Notes under the pieces: model-generated
Told to the model about the DNA's origin: nothing
Database searches by the model: none
Seen by the model: only the letters and a program-made list of their open reading frames with translations
Shown: positions 54,598 to 58,470 of the stretch, piece by piece
How the letters are laid out: every line of letters starts with the position of its first letter
How positions within the stretch are numbered: position 1 is the first letter of the stretch
Made by a program: the position numbers and the translations under genes
DNA from: Gemmatimonadales bacterium
GTDB lineage: Bacteria > Gemmatimonadota > Gemmatimonadetes > Gemmatimonadales > GWC2-71-9
NCBI GenBank assembly: GCA_041613315.1
Contig: JBFJHJ010000019.1
Location: 1 to 58,470 of the forward strand
DNA: 58,470 bases
Direction: 5' to 3'

Positions 54598-56913
54598 ATG
54601 CGCCTCGACCCGCGCCACCGCCAGGAACTCATCGCCATCGTGTCCCTGCTGGTCGGCGTCTTCATCGGGTTGACGCTCCTTCCCTGGGATGTCACCGGTC
54701 CCGCGGGCCGCTTCGGCGGCCGCCTCCTGTGGACGTACCTGGGCCTCGGCGCCCCCCTCATTCCCGTGGCCGGGGTGGGGCTCGCCCTCGCCGGCTTCGG
54801 CCGCCTGGGCGGCCTTGATTTGCGGCGGGCCGGGGTGTTTGCCGGGGCGATGCTCGTGCTCGCTCCGTTTGCCGTCGCCCTCGTCACGGGTGCCCGGTCG
54901 GTGGCCGACTTCCCGCCCGACTACGACGCCTGGAGCCTTGCCCAACGGCTCGCCGGCCTCGGTCCCGCGGCCATCGCCGTCGGCACGACCGCCGTCGTGG
55001 GCACCGCCGGCGCCGTGATTCTCGGTGTGCTCGCCCTCTCGGCCCTCACCATCTACACGTTCGGCTGGCACCCCTTCCGACGTCTCGCGGCGGGCGCGGG
55101 CGGCCGGCGCGACACGGCCGGCGACGCCTGGGCCGTGCCCGCCGCTGGCGCGGACGAGGACGATCTCGACGTGCTCGGCGAAGCCGACCGGGCGGATGGC
55201 CCGGCGGGCGGGACGCGCCGGGGCCGGTCCACCCGACCGTCCGACCGCCCGACCGCCGGCGGCGGGGTGGAGGACGAAGGGTTCCACGAGCTGCCGCCGC
55301 TCGATCTCCTGAGCGCCCCGCCCCCGGAGTCGCTCAACGGCGGCGACGAGGAGATCGAACGCCTCGGGCGCGTGCTGATCGACACCCTGGGCACGTTTCG
55401 CGTGGAGGGGCGCATCGTCGGGCGGACCATCGGGCCCGTCGTCACCCAGTACGAGGTGGCCCCGGCACCGGGGGTGAAGGTGGGCCGGATCGCGTCCCTG
55501 GCGGACGATCTGGCGCTCGCGATGCGCGCGCCTTCCATTCGGATCGTGGCGCCCATTCCCGGCAAGGCCGCCGTGGGCGTCGAGGTCCCCAACCCGCAGC
55601 CGCGCATCGTCACCCTCCGCGAGCTACTCGGGAGTCCCGAGTGGGACCGCAGCCGGGCGATCCTCCCGCTCGCGCTCGGCCGCAACCTGGAGGGCCGCCC
55701 CATCGTCGCCGACCTCGCCAAGATGCCGCATCTCCTGATCGCGGGCGCGACCGGCTCCGGCAAATCGGTCTGCATCAACGGCATCATCACGAGCCTGGTC
55801 TACCGGTACACGCCGCGCGAGCTCCGGATGCTCCTGATCGACCCCAAGATGGTGGAGCTCTCGACGTACGATGCGCTGCCCCACCTCCGCCATCCGGTGG
55901 TCACGAACAATCGCCAGGCGGCGCAGGCCCTGCGGTGGACCATCCTCGAGATGGAGCGGCGCTACGCCCTGTTCCACGCGAACGGCGCGCGCAACATCGG
56001 GGACTTCAACCGGCGGGTCCTGGACGGGCGGGGGTTGGTTGAGGTTGTGAGCAGTGAGCTGGGAGCGGGGCTGGACGCTGGTCGCTCAGGTTCCGAACGG
56101 TTGGCAACGCCTCCAGAGATTGGCCGGGCGACGGCCGCCCCAGCGCACCGCTCACCGCGCACTCGTCCGTACGACGACGGCCCGCTTCCCTTCATCGTCA
56201 TCGTCGTGGACGAGCTGGCCGACCTCATGATGACCGTCCAGGCGGAGGTGGAGAAGCCGCTGGCGATCCTGGCGCAGAAGGCGCGGGCCACCGGAATCCA
56301 TCTCCTCCTCGCGACCCAACGCCCCAGCGTGAACGTCATTACCGGGCTCATCAAGGCGAACTTCCCGAGCCGGATCGCGTTCCGCGTCGCCTCCAAGGTG
56401 GACAGCCGGACGATCCTGGACCAGAACGGCGCGGAGACGCTGCTCGGCAACGGCGACATGTTGTTCCTGCCGCCTGGGCGCAGCGAGCCGATCCGGATTC
56501 AAGGAGCGTTCATCGGCACGGAAGAAACCGAGGGCGTGACCGCTTGGTACGGCGCGCGCATCGCAGCGCGCGAGGCTGAGCTCGCGCGGCGCGGCCTCGT
56601 GGGCGCGCGCCGGACCGAAGACGACATCCTGGCGATCGTGGAGGCGCTCGAGGCAGAGGAGCACAAGGCCGGTGGTGCGGGCCCCGCGCCCGGCGAACGG
56701 GACGCCCTGTTCCGCGACGCCGCGGAGACGTGCATCAGCAACCAGCTCGGGTCCACATCGCTGCTCCAGCGCAAGCTCCGCATCGGGTACGGCCGGGCGG
56801 CGCGGATCATCGACCAGCTGCACGACGCCGGCATCCTCGGCCCTCCCGACGGCTCGAAGCCACGCGAGGTGCTGATCGGTATAGGGCAGTTGGACGAGTA
56901 CTGCGACGGGTGA
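54598..56913 (+). CDS. ftsK: DNA translocase FtsK
   Basis: N-terminal TMs, GPVVTQYE, PHLLIAGATGSGKS, IDPKMVEL, VDELADLMM, ATQRPSV, gamma domain STSLLQRKLRIGYGRAAR. Confidence 0.96.
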   Translation: MRLDPRHRQELIAIVSLLVGVFIGLTLLPWDVTGPAGRFGGRLLWTYLGLGAPLIPVAGVGLALAGFGRLGGLDLRRAGVFAGAMLVLAPFAVALVTGARSVADFPPDYDAWSLAQRLAGLGPAAIAVGTTAVVGTAGAVILGVLALSALTIYTFGWHPFRRLAAGAGGRRDTAGDAWAVPAAGADEDDLDVLGEADRADGPAGGTRRGRSTRPSDRPTAGGGVEDEGFHELPPLDLLSAPPPESLNGGDEEIERLGRVLIDTLGTFRVEGRIVGRTIGPVVTQYEVAPAPGVKVGRIASLADDLALAMRAPSIRIVAPIPGKAAVGVEVPNPQPRIVTLRELLGSPEWDRSRAILPLALGRNLEGRPIVADLAKMPHLLIAGATGSGKSVCINGIITSLVYRYTPRELRMLLIDPKMVELSTYDALPHLRHPVVTNNRQAAQALRWTILEMERRYALFHANGARNIGDFNRRVLDGRGLVEVVSSELGAGLDAGRSGSERLATPPEIGRATAAPAHRSPRTRPYDDGPLPFIVIVVDELADLMMTVQAEVEKPLAILAQKARATGIHLLLATQRPSVNVITGLIKANFPSRIAFRVASKVDSRTILDQNGAETLLGNGDMLFLPPGRSEPIRIQGAFIGTEETEGVTAWYGARIAAREAELARRGLVGARRTEDDILAIVEALEAEEHKAGGAGPAPGERDALFRDAAETCISNQLGSTSLLQRKLRIGYGRAARIIDQLHDAGILGPPDGSKPREVLIGIGQLDEYCDG
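56047..56162. repeat. Inverted heptamer repeat element inserted in-frame in ftsK
   Basis: GTGAGCA GTGAGCT GGGAGCG ... AGCGCAC CGCTCAC CGCGCAC. Confidence 0.55.
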
Positions 56914-57027
56914 AGTGAGAAGTTAAGAGTGAAAGGTGAAAAGTGAAAAGTGAAAGGCGAAAAGTGAACGCTTCACTCTTCACCGTTGTCTACTCACTTT
57001 TCACTTTTCACTTTTCACTCTTGTCAC
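56914..57027. repeat. Inverted heptamer tandem-repeat element (AGTGAAA)n / (TTTCACT)n
   Basis: Eight AGTGAAA-like units (56914-56969) followed by about six TTTCACT-like units; AT-rich island after the ftsK stop. Confidence 0.9.
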
Positions 57028-57115
57028 GCACTGAGCTATTGGGGGGAGAGAACTTTCGCGACGTCAAGCAATCATTTGGTGATGGAGCCGGTGGGTGGCG
57101 GGGTTAGCTTTTCGG

Positions 57116-57517
57116 GTGCCAATCAAGTCCGATCCGAATGACTGGAAAGACCCGCGGCATCGGCTGGGGGTGGAGGGCGAGGAAGCCGCGATCGCTCACC
57201 TGCGGGAGCGGGGCTGGCAAGTACTCGACCACCGCTTCCGCATGGGGCGCCTGGAGATCGACCTCGTGGCGCGGCGCGAGGGCATCGTCGCCTTCGTCGA
57301 GGTCAAGACCCGCATCGGATCGGGGTTCGGCAGCCCCCTCGAGGCGGTCACCTGGCGGAAGCAGCGGGAGATCGGGCGGGTGGCGCAGGCGTGGGTGGAT
57401 CGCCGCGGGGTGGGCGGCGAGACCTATCGCTTTGACGTAATTGGAGTTACGCTCTCGCGCGGCGGCCGGCGCGTGATCCAGCACGTGGAAGATGCTTTCC
57501 GGCTCGGGTGGCGGTAG
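57116..57517 (+). CDS. yraN: YraN family protein (UPF0102)
   Basis: LG..GEEAA..L...[26 protein letters not shown]; start could alternatively be 57095. Confidence 0.88.
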   Translation: MPIKSDPNDWKDPRHRLGVEGEEAAIAHLRERGWQVLDHRFRMGRLEIDLVARREGIVAFVEVKTRIGSGFGSPLEAVTWRKQREIGRVAQAWVDRRGVGGETYRFDVIGVTLSRGGRRVIQHVEDAFRLGWR

Positions 57518-57623
57518 ATGTTTTTCGGTATATATTCGGGTGTGCGAGCGACGATGTCATCTTTTCGCTTTTCACCTTTCCCGCTCCATCACACAACGCA
57601 CTCTCGTCAGCTCTGAGGATGCC

Positions 57624-58470
57624 ATGGCCGTCAAACAGCAGCAGGATGCGACGCCGGAGATCGGGAGCCAGCTCTCCGATGAGCGCCGGAAGGCCCTGAA
57701 CCTGGCCATCTCGCAGATCGAGAAGGCGATCGGCAAGGGCTCGATCATGCGGATGGGGCAGGAGGAGGCGCGCGTGCGGGTGCCGGCCATCTCTACCGGC
57801 GCGCTCAATCTCGACGCCGCCATCGGGATCGGCGGGATTCCGCGGGGGCGGATCACCGAGATCTACGGTCCGGAGTCGAGCGGCAAAACGACGATCGCCC
57901 TCCACGTGGCCGCGAACGCGCAAAAGGCGGGCGGGGTGGCGGCGTTCATCGATGCCGAGCACGCGCTCGACGTCGAGTACGCGCGGAAGCTCGGCGTGGA
58001 TCTCGAGAACCTCCTGGTCTCGCAGCCCGATACGGGCGAGGAGGCGCTGGAGATCGCCGAGATCCTGGTGCGCTCGGGTGCCGTGGATGTGATCATCGTG
58101 GACTCGGTGGCGGCGCTCGTGCCGAAGGCCGAGATCGAAGGCGACATGGGCGACGCGCACGTCGGGCTCCAGGCGCGGCTCATGTCCCAGGCGCTTCGCA
58201 AGCTCGCCGGGAGCATCAACCGGTCGCGCACGTCGGTCGTGTTCATCAATCAGCTGCGCGAGAAGATCGGGGTGATGTTCGGGAATCCCGAGACGACGAC
58301 CGGCGGCCGTGCACTCAAGTTCTACTCGTCGGTGCGGCTCGACGTGCGGCGCATCGGCCCCGTGAAGGAGCGCGACGAGATCATCGGCAGCAAGGTCCGC
58401 GTGAAGGTGGTGAAGAACAAGGTCGCCCCACCGTTCCGGCAGGCGGAATTCCACATCATGTTCAGCGAAG
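57624..58470 (+). CDS. recA: Recombinase RecA (runs off the window end)
   Basis: [80 protein letters not shown]. Confidence 0.97.
   Translation, partial: MAVKQQQDATPEIGSQLSDERRKALNLAISQIEKAIGKGSIMRMGQEEARVRVPAISTGALNLDAAIGIGGIPRGRITEIYGPESSGKTTIALHVAANAQKAGGVAAFIDAEHALDVEYARKLGVDLENLLVSQPDTGEEALEIAEILVRSGAVDVIIVDSVAALVPKAEIEGDMGDAHVGLQARLMSQALRKLAGSINRSRTSVVFINQLREKIGVMFGNPETTTGGRALKFYSSVRLDVRRIGPVKERDEIIGSKVRVKVVKNKVAPPFRQAEFHIMFSE

Noticed and set aside
56914..57027. Possible CRISPR array or FtsK-related KOPS/dif site
   Set aside because: Units are 7 bp with no spacers and no cas genes; it does not match GGGNAGGG or a XerC/XerD site layout.

Overview
High-GC bacterial chromosomal segment made almost entirely of core genes; gene content and order suggest Gemmatimonadota (inference). 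About 50 CDS, all on the + strand except a SurA/PpiD-like chaperone. In order: murB; a nucleotide-sugar cluster (WbpD/E/B/A-like, ugd, UDP-GlcA decarboxylase, epimerase); two TPR genes; bamD-nadD-secA; radC-relA/spoT; uvrB-tsaE-tsaB-rimI; ssb-LysM-ccsA-hemA-epimerase; a tol-pal operon with two tandem pal genes and cpoB; a single 1168-aa ORF fusing TatC to an LptD-like protein through an internal signal peptide; a lipoprotein; hutHUI; large acidic TPR proteins; a prenyl synthase; tatA; aroQ-pepP-efp-accB-pilT-accC-comB-ftsK; yraN; and a truncated recA. No rRNA, tRNA, CRISPR array or transposase was seen. The most unusual features are the TatC-signal peptide-LptD fusion, four 115-135 bp elements built from 7-8 bp tandem repeats followed by their reverse complement (one in-frame inside ftsK), three genes that appear to start at CTG, and a PilT ATPase placed between accB and accC. 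All calls come from motif recognition; no database searches were run.
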